NCBI GenBank assembly: GCA_964424745.1
Contig: CAYRJV010000001.1
Location: 33,223 to 72,426, forward strand
Direction: 5' to 3'
DNA from: an uncultured Candidatus Saccharibacteria bacterium
Lineage (GTDB): Bacteria > Patescibacteriota > Minisyncoccia > Minisyncoccales > GWA2-46-15
DNA: 39,204 bases
The position numbers were made by a program, and so were the translations under genes. The number at the start of each line of letters is the position of its first letter. Within the stretch, counting starts at the first letter, position 1. Of the stretch, positions 25,333-33,024 are shown piece after piece. The notes beneath the pieces were generated by a model. The model saw only the letters and a list, made by a program, of their open reading frames with translations. It ran no database searches and was not told the DNA's origin.

Positions 25333-26599
25333 AAGCGGAAAAATATTTGATATTATTCCCCCGAATAATAATGAAATTAATAAAGGAGAGTTAAGCCTTC
25401 GGGAGATACCAGAAGAGAAGAGATCAAGGGTTAAATGGCGTTTTTTTCTTTTCTTTGGCTTTTTGATTGTTCTCGGAGTTGCTGGTTATATTTTCTTAGC
25501 TCAGGTGGAAATAATAATTTGGCCTAAGACTCAAGCGATAACTGTCGAAGAAAAAGCAGAGTTTGATACAAAGATAACCCTGATTGATTTCTTGGCCGGC
25601 CGTCTTCCCACCACGATCCTCGAAGTCAGCCAGGAATTAACTAAGAACTTTCCCGCCACTGGCAGGATCTCAAGAGAAGAGAAAGCTCAAGGGAAAATCA
25701 AAGTCTACAACGCTTATTCCGACGTCCCCCAGGTTTTAGTCAATAATACCCGTTTTCTTTCGGCCGAAGGAAAATTATTCTATTCGACGGAAAGGGTGAC
25801 GATTCCCGGCGGTACCTACGAAAAGGGAAAACTAATCCCGGGATCTTTAGATATTACCGTTGTTGCCGCTGAGGCGGGAGCCGATTATAATATTGGACCT
25901 TCGACGTTTTCGATTCCCGGATTTAGTGGCAGTCCGAAATACACCGCTTTTTATGGAAAATCATTTTCGGCGATGACCGGCGGATTTAAAGGGGAAATTC
26001 CCAAAGTTACCAGAGAGGATTTGGAGAGAGCGAAGAATGCTCTAATTGCCGAGCTTAGTGAAAAAGAAAACAATGCTTTACAGGAAAGAGCTTCGCGGGA
26101 ATTGATTCTGGTTGGCGGCGCAGTTAAGCAGGAAGTTAAAGAAGACTTTTGTTCGGTCCAAGAAGGCGCAGAGGTATCATCATTTGATTTCCGGACCCGG
26201 ATGATTATGAAGGCATTGGTCGTAAAGAAAAGTGATTTAGAAAATTTCGCCAAAGAACTTATCCTTTCCCGGATGCTTAAAGAAAAAGAAGGTAACGAAA
26301 CCTTTTGGTCAAAAAGAGAAATTCAAGACGAAAGTTTAAAAATCGACCTTAAATTAGAATCAGTCGATCTTGAATCAGGAAAAGCGGTTTTAACATTAGC
26401 AATTTCGGGCAATGCTTATTATGGATTCAATGAGTCATCATTAAAACGAGCCGTTAGCGGCCGATCTTTAGAGGAGACAAAAGATTTCTTAGAAAGCCAA
26501 CCACAGATAGAGAAAGCAGAGGTAAAGGCCTGGCCATTTTGGATAGGCGGAATGCCACAGCAAGAAAACAAGGTTAAAATTGAAATGAGGATAGAATGA
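25322..26599 (+). CDS. Single-pass membrane protein (about 40-aa cytoplasmic N-terminus, one TM, about 360-aa external domain); function unknown, weak resemblance to baseplate-J-like folds
   Basis: TM WRFFLFFGFLIVLGVAGYIFLA; 11-nt overlap with the upstream ATPase gene. The ITVVAAEAGADYNIGP segment recalls a baseplate J motif (from memory, untested). Confidence 0.7.
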   Translation: MNNKSGKIFDIIPPNNNEINKGELSLREIPEEKRSRVKWRFFLFFGFLIVLGVAGYIFLAQVEIIIWPKTQAITVEEKAEFDTKITLIDFLAGRLPTTILEVSQELTKNFPATGRISREEKAQGKIKVYNAYSDVPQVLVNNTRFLSAEGKLFYSTERVTIPGGTYEKGKLIPGSLDITVVAAEAGADYNIGPSTFSIPGFSGSPKYTAFYGKSFSAMTGGFKGEIPKVTREDLERAKNALIAELSEKENNALQERASRELILVGGAVKQEVKEDFCSVQEGAEVSSFDFRTRMIMKALVVKKSDLENFAKELILSRMLKEKEGNETFWSKREIQDESLKIDLKLESVDLESGKAVLTLAISGNAYYGFNESSLKRAVSGRSLEETKDFLESQPQIEKAEVKAWPFWIGGMPQQENKVKIEMRIE

Positions 26600-26618
26600 C
26601 AGAATTTCTACTACCTGG

Positions 26619-26647
26619 TTGACTAATTTTAAAAGATTTGCTAATCT
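26619..26647 (+). promoter_or_regulatory. Candidate promoter for infA-rpmJ-rpsM... (TTGACT-17 nt-TAATCT)
   Basis: ttgact 26619-26624, 17-nt spacer, taatct 26642-26647; motif match only. Confidence 0.35.
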
Positions 26648-26670
26648 AAAAATTATCTACACCCACTCAA

Positions 26671-26892
26671 TTGATTAAAGAAAGCCAAAAAATCAGAAAA
26701 TCAGGTATAGTTTTAGAAGCCCTGCCGAGTGTTACTTTTTTGGTAAAACTTGATGACGGCAGCGAGGTATTAGCCCATTTGGCAGGTAAACTTAGGTTTT
26801 ACCGGATAAAGGTACTTCCGGGCGATAGGGTGACAGTGGAGATGAGTCCTTATGACGAGAAAAAAGGGAGAATCGTCTACCGGGGAAGTTAA
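26671..26892 (+). CDS. infA: Translation initiation factor IF-1 (TTG start)
   Basis: G.V.EALP...F.V.L..G..VLAH..GK.R...I.V.PGD.V.VE.SPYD...GRI.YR; 73 aa. Confidence 0.94.
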   Translation: MIKESQKIRKSGIVLEALPSVTFLVKLDDGSEVLAHLAGKLRFYRIKVLPGDRVTVEMSPYDEKKGRIVYRGS

Positions 26893-26969
26893 TCTTCTTT
26901 GTCACCAATAGTTGTCCGTTAAGAGCCTCAAATCCTTAGCGGTGGCTTCTGTTGAGTTTGCTATATTTT

Positions 26970-27083
26970 ATGAAAGTGCGATCTTCTGTTAAAAAAATTT
27001 GTAAAAAATGCAAAACCATAAGAAGAAAAGGCCGGCTTTTTGTAATTTGTAAGAACCCAAAACATAAACAGAGACAAGGCTAG
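26970..27083 (+). CDS. rpmJ: 50S ribosomal protein L36 (not in the supplied ORF track)
   Basis: Hand translation [37 protein letters not shown], stop TAG 27081-27083; canonical position between infA and rpsM. Confidence 0.92.
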   Translation: MKVRSSVKKICKKCKTIRRKGRLFVICKNPKHKQRQG

Positions 27084-27112
27084 AAATTAATTTACCAATT
27101 TTCAATTTTCAA

Positions 27113-27153
27113 ACTACCAACTACCAACTACCAACTACAAACTACAAACTACT
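27113..27153. repeat. Heptamer tandem array (actacca)x3-(actacaa)x2-actact
   Basis: Exact 7-nt register 27113-27153; the unit is shared with 12691-12725. Confidence 0.92.
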
Positions 27154-27164
27154 AGCTAACCAAG

Positions 27165-27554
27165 ATGCCAAGAATTGCGGGGGTAAATATTCCCGAAAAC
27201 AAAAGAATAGAATATGCCTTAGGCTATATTTATGGAGTGGGTTTAGCTTTGAGTAGAAAGATATTAAAGGAGTCAGGCATTGATGCCTCGCGAAAGGCTT
27301 CGGAGTTATCTCAGGAAGAAATCAACAAGTTGAAAGATATTATTGAAAAAAAATATAAAATTGAAGGCGAGCTTCGCCGCAGAATAATGATGGATATTAA
27401 AAGATTGAAAGATATTGGTTGTTGGCGAGGCTTGCGCCACATCAAAAAATTGCCAGTTAGAGGACAACGGACAAGGACCAATACCCGTACCGTTAGGGGA
27501 AATGTTAGAAAGACGGTTGGCTCTGGCAGAAAACCACCAGCAACAGCCACATAA
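27165..27554 (+). CDS. rpsM: 30S ribosomal protein S13
   Basis: MPRIAGV.IP..K.....L..IYG.G, RGLRH...[12 protein letters not shown]. Confidence 0.96.
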   Translation: MPRIAGVNIPENKRIEYALGYIYGVGLALSRKILKESGIDASRKASELSQEEINKLKDIIEKKYKIEGELRRRIMMDIKRLKDIGCWRGLRHIKKLPVRGQRTRTNTRTVRGNVRKTVGSGRKPPATAT

Positions 27555-27558
27555 AAAA

Positions 27559-27586
27559 ATCAAGAATCAAATATCAAATATCAAAA
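27559..27586. repeat. Heptamer tandem array atcaaga-atcaaat-atcaaat-atcaaaa running directly into the rpsK ATG
   Basis: Exact 7-nt register; the ATG at 27587 occupies the start of the next unit. Confidence 0.9.
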
Positions 27587-28036
27587 ATGGGTAAAAAAAG
27601 GATTATTACCAAAAGCCAAGAAGAATTGTTAAAAGAAAGAGAAAAAGTGGATCAAGCCTCGCAGAGGGAGATCAGGGTTGAGCCGCGGAAAATCGGCGAG
27701 GGGAAAATATACATTTCTTCTTCTTATAACAATACGATTATTACCCTGACGGACTTAGGGGGAAATGTTTTAAGCTGGGTGAGTGCCGGTAGCATCGGCT
27801 TTAAGGGATCAAAAAAATCGACGCCGTTCGCCGCCTCAAGGGTAGCCGAGATTTTGTCCGAGACGGCAAAAAAATTGGGAGTTTCAAGGGTAGAAATATT
27901 GGTCAAGGGAGTGGGAGGAGGTCGTGAATCTGCCATTAGATCGCTAATTAGTCGGGGTTTAGATGTTGTTTCAATTAAAGACGTTACCCCGATTCCCCAT
28001 AATGGTTGTCGACCTCCAAAAGCGAGGAGGGTGTAG
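27587..28036 (+). CDS. rpsK: 30S ribosomal protein S11
   Basis: G...I.SS.NNTIIT.TD..GN...W.SAG..GFKGS.KSTPFAA; V.VKG.G.GRE.A.R.L...[18 protein letters not shown]. Confidence 0.96.
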   Translation: MGKKRIITKSQEELLKEREKVDQASQREIRVEPRKIGEGKIYISSSYNNTIITLTDLGGNVLSWVSAGSIGFKGSKKSTPFAASRVAEILSETAKKLGVSRVEILVKGVGGGRESAIRSLISRGLDVVSIKDVTPIPHNGCRPPKARRV

Positions 28037-28042
28037 AGAAAT

Positions 28043-28077
28043 ATCAAAAATCAAACATCAAAAATCAAAAATTAAAG
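28043..28077. repeat. Heptamer tandem array atcaaaa-atcaaac-atcaaaa-atcaaaa-attaaag
   Basis: Exact 7-nt register, third locus of the atcaaaa family. Confidence 0.9.
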
Positions 28078-28100
28078 TTTAATACCAAATATTTTAAAAC

Positions 28101-28730
28101 GTGAAGGAAGATAAATGTAAAATTTGTCGGCAGTTGGGAGCAAAACTCTTTCTCAAAGGGGAGCGGTGTTTTTCCCAAAAATGTGCGATGGTCAAAAGAG
28201 CCTATGCACCGGGACCAAAGAAAAAAAGACGGTCAAAAGGTCTTTCGGAATATGGCAAAGAGCAGAAAGAAAAGCAAAAATTAAAGAGATGGTATAATCT
28301 GGATGAACGGCAGTTCAGTCGATATGTCAAAGAAGTTCTAAAGGGGCACAAAAAAACAGAGGATGCGGAAACGGCATTAATCAAAATACTGGAAAGCCGT
28401 TTAGACAATGTTGTCTTTCGCTTAGGATTTGCTTCTTCTCGGCCGCAAGCAAGACAAATGGTGTCGCACGGTCATTTTTTGGTGAACGAGCGGCGAACTA
28501 ATATCCCCGGATATTTTCTCAAAAAGGATGATAAAGTTCGAGTTTTGCCTTCATCTCTTAAAAAGGCCGTTTTTTCCAATTTAGCCACCGATTTAAAAAA
28601 GAGACAGCCGCCTTCCTGGCTTTCAATAGATATTAATCAACTAGAGGCGAAAGTAGTTGCTTCCCCATCTTTAGAAGAAGCCGCGCCGCCGGTAGATATT
28701 TCCTTAGTTTTTGGATTCTATTCAAAATAA
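28101..28730 (+). CDS. rpsD: 30S ribosomal protein S4 (GTG start; N-terminal Cys cluster)
   Basis: CK.CR..G.KLFLKGERC...KC, LE.RLDN.VFR.GFA.SR..ARQ.V.HGH..VN. Confidence 0.93.
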   Translation: MKEDKCKICRQLGAKLFLKGERCFSQKCAMVKRAYAPGPKKKRRSKGLSEYGKEQKEKQKLKRWYNLDERQFSRYVKEVLKGHKKTEDAETALIKILESRLDNVVFRLGFASSRPQARQMVSHGHFLVNERRTNIPGYFLKKDDKVRVLPSSLKKAVFSNLATDLKKRQPPSWLSIDINQLEAKVVASPSLEEAAPPVDISLVFGFYSK

Positions 28731-28737
28731 TATAAAT

Positions 28738-28800
28738 CATGGAATTTGGAATAATACTTGATCAATAAAATGTTTCAAGTTTTATGTTTCAAGTTTCATG
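28738..28800. repeat. Heptamer-register spacer catggaa-tttggaa-taatact-tgatcaa-taaaatg-tttcaag-ttttatg-tttcaag-tttcatg
   Basis: 7-nt register from 28738 lands exactly on the rpoA ATG 28808. gttttatgtttcaag 28779-28793 is the exact reverse complement of cttgaaacataaaac 12430-12444. Confidence 0.85.
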
Positions 28801-28807
28801 AAAACGT

Positions 28808-29758
28808 ATGATATCTTTGCCTGTCCAGCCAAAAATTATTGAGAAAAGTGAGAACCGGGCAATTTTTCAAATCGAGGGACTTTGGCCCGGTTATGGAGTA
28901 ACCATCGGCAATTCTTTGAGAAGGGTGCTCCTTTCGTCTCTAGAAGGAGCGGCGGTTACCCAAATTAAAATTGCTGGAGTTCAGCATGAGTTTTCGACCA
29001 TTCCGGGAGTTTTAGAAGACGTGATTATGATTATGCTGAATCTTAAGCAGTTGCGTTTTCGTCTTTTCGGCGAAGGACCGCAACGCGCCCATTTATCAGT
29101 GAAAGGCGAAAAGGAGGTGAAAGCCTCAAGTTTTGAATTACCGTCGCAACTCGAAATCGTCAATAAATCAGCCCACATTGCCACTTTAACCGACAAAAAT
29201 GCCAAATTAGAAATAGAGATTCAGGTTGAAAAAGGATTTGGCTATTCACCACGGGAGGCCAGAAAAATAGAAAAATTGGAAATCGGAGAGATTCCCGTAG
29301 ATGCTTTTTTTACTCCCATAACAAAAGTGAGTTTTCAAATGGAGAATATGCGCGTGGGTGAGAGAACCGATTTTGATAGATTAAACTTGGAAATTGAAAC
29401 CGATGGGACAATCACTCCCGAGGAGGCATTTCGTCAGGCGGCGGAAACTTTGTTGAATCATTTCGCTTTCTTTAAAGAAAGTTTTAAAGAGAGTGCGCCG
29501 CCAAAGAAAGATGAGGAGAAAGTAGAGGAGAAAGAAAAAAAAGAAGAGACGGTGAAAACTAAAGTAGAGGATTTATCACTTTCTTCCCGAACAATTAATG
29601 TTTTGCTGAAAAATAATATTAAAACAGCCGAGGGTCTAGCCAGAAAAAGCGAAGCCAGCCTCGTGGAGCTTGAGGGGATGGGTGAAAAAGGGGTTAAAGA
29701 AATAAAGAAAGCTTTAAAAAAAGTGGACCTGGAACTTAAAGAAGAGAAGAAACCATGA
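28808..29758 (+). CDS. rpoA: DNA-directed RNA polymerase alpha subunit
   Basis: NTD (GYG.T.GN.LRR.LLSS..G.A....I.GV.HEFS.I.GV.EDV), Lys/Glu-rich linker, CTD (LSSRT.N.L...I.T...L....E..L....G.G.K...EI). Confidence 0.95.
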   Translation: MISLPVQPKIIEKSENRAIFQIEGLWPGYGVTIGNSLRRVLLSSLEGAAVTQIKIAGVQHEFSTIPGVLEDVIMIMLNLKQLRFRLFGEGPQRAHLSVKGEKEVKASSFELPSQLEIVNKSAHIATLTDKNAKLEIEIQVEKGFGYSPREARKIEKLEIGEIPVDAFFTPITKVSFQMENMRVGERTDFDRLNLEIETDGTITPEEAFRQAAETLLNHFAFFKESFKESAPPKKDEEKVEEKEKKEETVKTKVEDLSLSSRTINVLLKNNIKTAEGLARKSEASLVELEGMGEKGVKEIKKALKKVDLELKEEKKP

Positions 29759-30135
29759 AGAAACGCAGAATTGGTAGAAAATTCTCCCTGAAAGCAGATC
29801 AGAGAAAAGCATTGCTAAAATCATTAGCTAGCAATCTTATTTTGAAAGAAAAAATTGAAACCACGGAGGCGAAGGCGAAAGAGCTTTCCCGATTTATCGA
29901 AAAGCTGATTGCCCAAGCAGTGCACCTTCAAGAAGAAGGAGTTATCCTGAAAGAGGAAGGACTAACTAAACGGAGACTTTTATCAAAAATTTTTCCCCCA
30001 AAAGTAAACAAAAAGTTAGCGTCAGAAATTGCTGTCCGATATAAAGAACGAAAAGGGGGATTTACCCGAATTATTAAATTAGGTGTTCGAAAGAGTGATG
30101 GGGCGAGGATGGCCATCATCGAATTAATAAAATAG
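29755..30135 (+). CDS. rplQ: 50S ribosomal protein L17
   Basis: R.LGR....R.AL...L...L...E.I.TT..KAKE.....EKLI; GGFTRI.KLG.R..D.A.MA.IEL; ATGA overlap with rpoA. Confidence 0.9.
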   Translation: MKKRRIGRKFSLKADQRKALLKSLASNLILKEKIETTEAKAKELSRFIEKLIAQAVHLQEEGVILKEEGLTKRRLLSKIFPPKVNKKLASEIAVRYKERKGGFTRIIKLGVRKSDGARMAIIELIK

Positions 30136-30137
30136 TT

Positions 30138-30494
30138 TTGAGTAAAATGACATTAGAAACCAAGACAATTGACGCTACCGGTAAGACACTCGGGCGATTA
30201 GCCACCGAAGTCGCCACTCTTTTAATCGGAAAAAACAAACCAGACTTCGTTCCCTATAAAGAAATGGGGGAGAGAGTTATTATTAGAAATGTTGATAAAC
30301 TGAAATTCAGCGGTCGAAAATTTGAGCAAAAAAAGTATTATCATCACACCGGCTACCTGGGACACTTGAAAGAAAAACCACTAAAGGTTTTGTTTAGAGA
30401 AGACCCGGCTGAGGTTTTGAGAAAAGCCGTCTTAGGGATGCTACCGAAAAATAAACTACGAGAGAGAATGATAAAACGACTGATATTTGAATAA
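30138..30494 (+). CDS. rplM: 50S ribosomal protein L13 (TTG 30138 or ATG 30147 start; short C-terminus)
   Basis: IDA.GK.LGRLA..VA.LL.GK.KP.F.P....G..V...N.....F.G.K...K.YY.H.GY.G. Confidence 0.9.
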   Translation: MSKMTLETKTIDATGKTLGRLATEVATLLIGKNKPDFVPYKEMGERVIIRNVDKLKFSGRKFEQKKYYHHTGYLGHLKEKPLKVLFREDPAEVLRKAVLGMLPKNKLRERMIKRLIFE

Positions 30495-30503
30495 GTAGTA
30501 ATT

Positions 30504-31097
30504 TTGAATGAAATTATGCCTAAAGAGGAAAAAAAATTAAAGCAAAAAAAGCTGGTTACTAAACAGAGTGGTAAGACACCGAGAAAAAAGACAGTCAGAA
30601 AAGTAGCGGCAAAAACAGAGAGGAAAGAAGAAACGCTTAAGGTGGCCGCGGAATCTGTTTTGAAAAAAACAGGAGAGAGTACTGAAGGAAAAGCAATGGT
30701 GACCGTACCGAAATATTTTGAAGCGGTTGGTCGAAGAAAGACTTCAATTGCTAGGGCGCGTCTTTTTACTCGGGGAGAAAAGGGATTCTTTGTCAATGGT
30801 AAGTCTCTCGAGGTTTATTTCCCGACGGCCGAACTTTGTCAGATCGCGGACGCCGCCCTTAACCGGATGCATTGCGAAGATAAATTCCGGGTTGAGCTGC
30901 GAGTAAAAGGAGGGGGAATTCATAGCCAAGCAGAGGCCGTCCGTCACGCCATCAGCCGTGGCCTGGTGCTTTTTAATCCAGATTTTCGTAAGAGATTAAA
31001 ACGAGCTGGTTTTTTGACCCGCGACAGCCGGATGAGAGAGCGCAAAAAATTTGGTTTGAAACGGGCCCGCCGGGCTCCACAGTGGCAAAAACGTTAG
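30504..31097 (+). CDS. rpsI: 30S ribosomal protein S9 with a Lys-rich N-terminal extension of about 65 aa (in-frame ATG at 30516 more likely than TTG 30504)
   Basis: C-terminal 130 aa: GRRK.SIAR..L..G.G...VNG....YF; V.GGG...QA.A.RH.ISR.L; LTRD.R..ERKK.G..KARRA.Q..KR. Confidence 0.9.
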   Translation: MNEIMPKEEKKLKQKKLVTKQSGKTPRKKTVRKVAAKTERKEETLKVAAESVLKKTGESTEGKAMVTVPKYFEAVGRRKTSIARARLFTRGEKGFFVNGKSLEVYFPTAELCQIADAALNRMHCEDKFRVELRVKGGGIHSQAEAVRHAISRGLVLFNPDFRKRLKRAGFLTRDSRMRERKKFGLKRARRAPQWQKR

Positions 31098-31103
31098 TCC
31101 GCT

Positions 31104-31305
31104 CGGGAAGATGATTTTCGGTACACGCTCTGCTCCCCAGCGAGGAGCAAGCTCATTTCCTCGGCAAATTTTCGTCCCACACATAACCTCTACAAGAAAT
31201 ACGTCTGAACCCCGAACCTAGCTGTTCCGTAAATATCACAAAGGTTATGTGCGGGGCGAAACCATGCAATTTGCCTGCGGATGGTCCCGAAAATCACTTC
31301 CCTCG
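31104..31305. ncRNA. Candidate structured RNA of about 200 nt: long irregular hairpin between rpsI and the terminator (class and strand unknown; overall shape loosely 6S-like)
   Basis: Closing stem gggaag(a)tgattttcgg 31105-31121 / ccgaaaatcacttccc 31287-31302 (16 bp, 1 bulge). ggcaaatt 31163-31170 / aatttgcc 31268-31275. tcgtcccacacataacct 31172-31189 / aggttatgtgcggggcga 31242-31259. Side hairpin tgctcc-ccagcga-ggagca 31131-31149. About 51% G+C by hand count. Confidence 0.3.
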
Positions 31306-31362
31306 CTTGGAAAAGCCAGAAGCTGTCTGAAAACTGGTTACCTCGTTGAAGATTAGGAAGAT

Positions 31363-31397
31363 AAACAACGGTCAGTCACTGACGGTTGTTTTGTTTT
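31363..31397 (+). terminator. Intrinsic terminator closing the rpsI operon (possibly bidirectional, shared with the convergent minus-strand gene)
   Basis: aaacaac-g-gtcag / tca / ctgac-g-gttgttt (12 bp with one G-G mismatch) followed by tgtttt; overlaps the stop codon of the minus-strand CDS. Confidence 0.55.
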
Positions 31398-32982
31398 ATT
31401 GGAGGGCTTCTGAAGAATAGAATTTTTCTGTTTGCAGAAGAAAGATTTTTTTCTCGTTTTGATTCCAGAACCATTGGGGATCTTCCAGCTTTAGAGGATA
31501 GTCATTGTCAATAAAGGCAAGGTCAATTATATTTAGATGGTCGCGTTCGTCGATTTCACTGATCTTTATTTTGCTATTCGAAGAAAAAATCAAATAACCG
31601 GAGCCCAGCCAAAATAAATTTTTTATTGGTTCTGAAAAACGGGTCAAAAAAGTCATTTCGCCGGCTTTTTTCTCTGGTTGATCAGTTTTTTCTTCAAGAA
31701 AAAGAACCCAGATTTCCGAAGTCGAATAGAGAACCGCTTTTTTGAAATCAGGGGATAACTTTATTCCTACGAGATCGTCAAAGAATTTTTCAAATTGTTT
31801 ACTTTCTGGATTAAAAATATATAATCTTTTCCCTTCTTGAATAAACAGGTAATTGGGCAATATGTGAAGCTGGTAGATTAACTCAGGCTTTAAGGGAAAA
31901 GGAATCTGATTTACTTTTTCGGCGATGTTAAATGAAGGGTTAGTCATAAAAACGAATCCTGATTCATCAAGATAATAGATGGATTTATTGAAAACCTGAT
32001 AATCAACAATATTGTTCACCAAGGGAGTGGAAATATCTTTTTTTAGCAAGTCCATTTCAAAGAGGGTTTTATTGATGGAAAAGAAAACTTCCCGGGAATT
32101 TTCCGGATTGAAAGAGACATTGACGGCATTAGCCGGAAAAACATTAGCCAGTAAATCTTGAATGTCGATAATTGAGGTTTGGTTCTTACCAGTATTATTA
32201 AAGAAAATAGCCGAATCCAATCCGATTAATGAGTATCTCAGGATTTTTTCCTGCTCAACAATGAGGAGAATATTCCTGGAGTCCAGGGAAAATATTAGAC
32301 GATAAGAAATAGGTTGCTTAGCCGTCTCAAAAGGAGTTGGAGTTCCAGAGGTTTGCTTACTAAAATCATCAGATTTTATGAGAATTGCTTTTGCTTTTAT
32401 TCTGGCATTATAAAGTTCAAGGGTCCAATCAGTTTTATCTGCTTCGTTAGAAGTCAATGATTTATCTACGGGATTTGTTTTTTCAAAGACGATATTTTTC
32501 TCGTCGGGTGAAATATAGAAATGCTTGATCCCATCATCAATCGTCGAAAGTTCAATTCTGTCAGGGAACAGCACCACATTTTTTGCCTCGGTTACCTGTT
32601 GTTTTTTTATTTTTAAGGTTTTTTCCCAAACGAAATATCCTTCTTTTATTATTTGAACCCGGTAGTCTTTTGGTAAAAGATTCTCGATAAAAGCAGAACC
32701 AAAAATAAAATCTGTTTTCTTTTTTAGTTGACCATCAAGATAAATCTTGGCGTTTCTGGGGATAACACTGAAATAAAAAGCGCCTGTTTGGGTAATTTTT
32801 CTTTCTCCGAAATCAAAGCGATAGCCTTGATAATAAAATACGACTAGCGGCGCACTCAAAAGAAACAACAGAATACAGACAATAAACAGAATAGTTCTTT
32901 TTCCTCTCGACATAAGTTTTTTGTTTTCAGCTATATTATTAGATATTAAGTCAAGAGGAGGTTTTGAGCAACATTTAATCAA
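31396..32982 (-). CDS. Membrane-anchored protein with a PEGA-like domain and TolB/WD40-like beta-propeller repeats; function unknown (alternative start ATG at 32913)
   Basis: N-terminal TM ILFIVCILLFLLSAPLVVF. PEGA-like IPRNAKIYLDGQ...LPKDYRVQIIKEGYFVWEKTLKI. Recurrent Y.SPD/FSLD/FNPE/LSPD.K strand motifs. The only minus-strand gene in the window. Confidence 0.7.
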   Translation of the reverse strand: MIKCCSKPPLDLISNNIAENKKLMSRGKRTILFIVCILLFLLSAPLVVFYYQGYRFDFGERKITQTGAFYFSVIPRNAKIYLDGQLKKKTDFIFGSAFIENLLPKDYRVQIIKEGYFVWEKTLKIKKQQVTEAKNVVLFPDRIELSTIDDGIKHFYISPDEKNIVFEKTNPVDKSLTSNEADKTDWTLELYNARIKAKAILIKSDDFSKQTSGTPTPFETAKQPISYRLIFSLDSRNILLIVEQEKILRYSLIGLDSAIFFNNTGKNQTSIIDIQDLLANVFPANAVNVSFNPENSREVFFSINKTLFEMDLLKKDISTPLVNNIVDYQVFNKSIYYLDESGFVFMTNPSFNIAEKVNQIPFPLKPELIYQLHILPNYLFIQEGKRLYIFNPESKQFEKFFDDLVGIKLSPDFKKAVLYSTSEIWVLFLEEKTDQPEKKAGEMTFLTRFSEPIKNLFWLGSGYLIFSSNSKIKISEIDERDHLNIIDLAFIDNDYPLKLEDPQWFWNQNEKKIFLLQTEKFYSSEALQ

Positions 32983-33024
32983 CCTTGATAATTTTTGTTT
33001 TTTAAATTAAGATAGAGAAGTAAT

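Noticed and set aside
18257-26599. Genomic island or prophage remnant between map and infA
   Set aside because: The content is housekeeping (tpiA, alaS, sugar-nucleotide enzymes). There is no integrase, transposase, tRNA attachment site or flanking direct repeats, and apart from the small RNA-like island the composition matches the flanks.
31104-31305. SRP (4.5S) RNA or RNase P RNA as the identity of the rpsI-downstream hairpin
   Set aside because: There is no GNAR-capped helix with the conserved AGCA/GGAA symmetric-loop context on either strand, and no RNase P P4 sequences. Only the general long-hairpin shape is shared.
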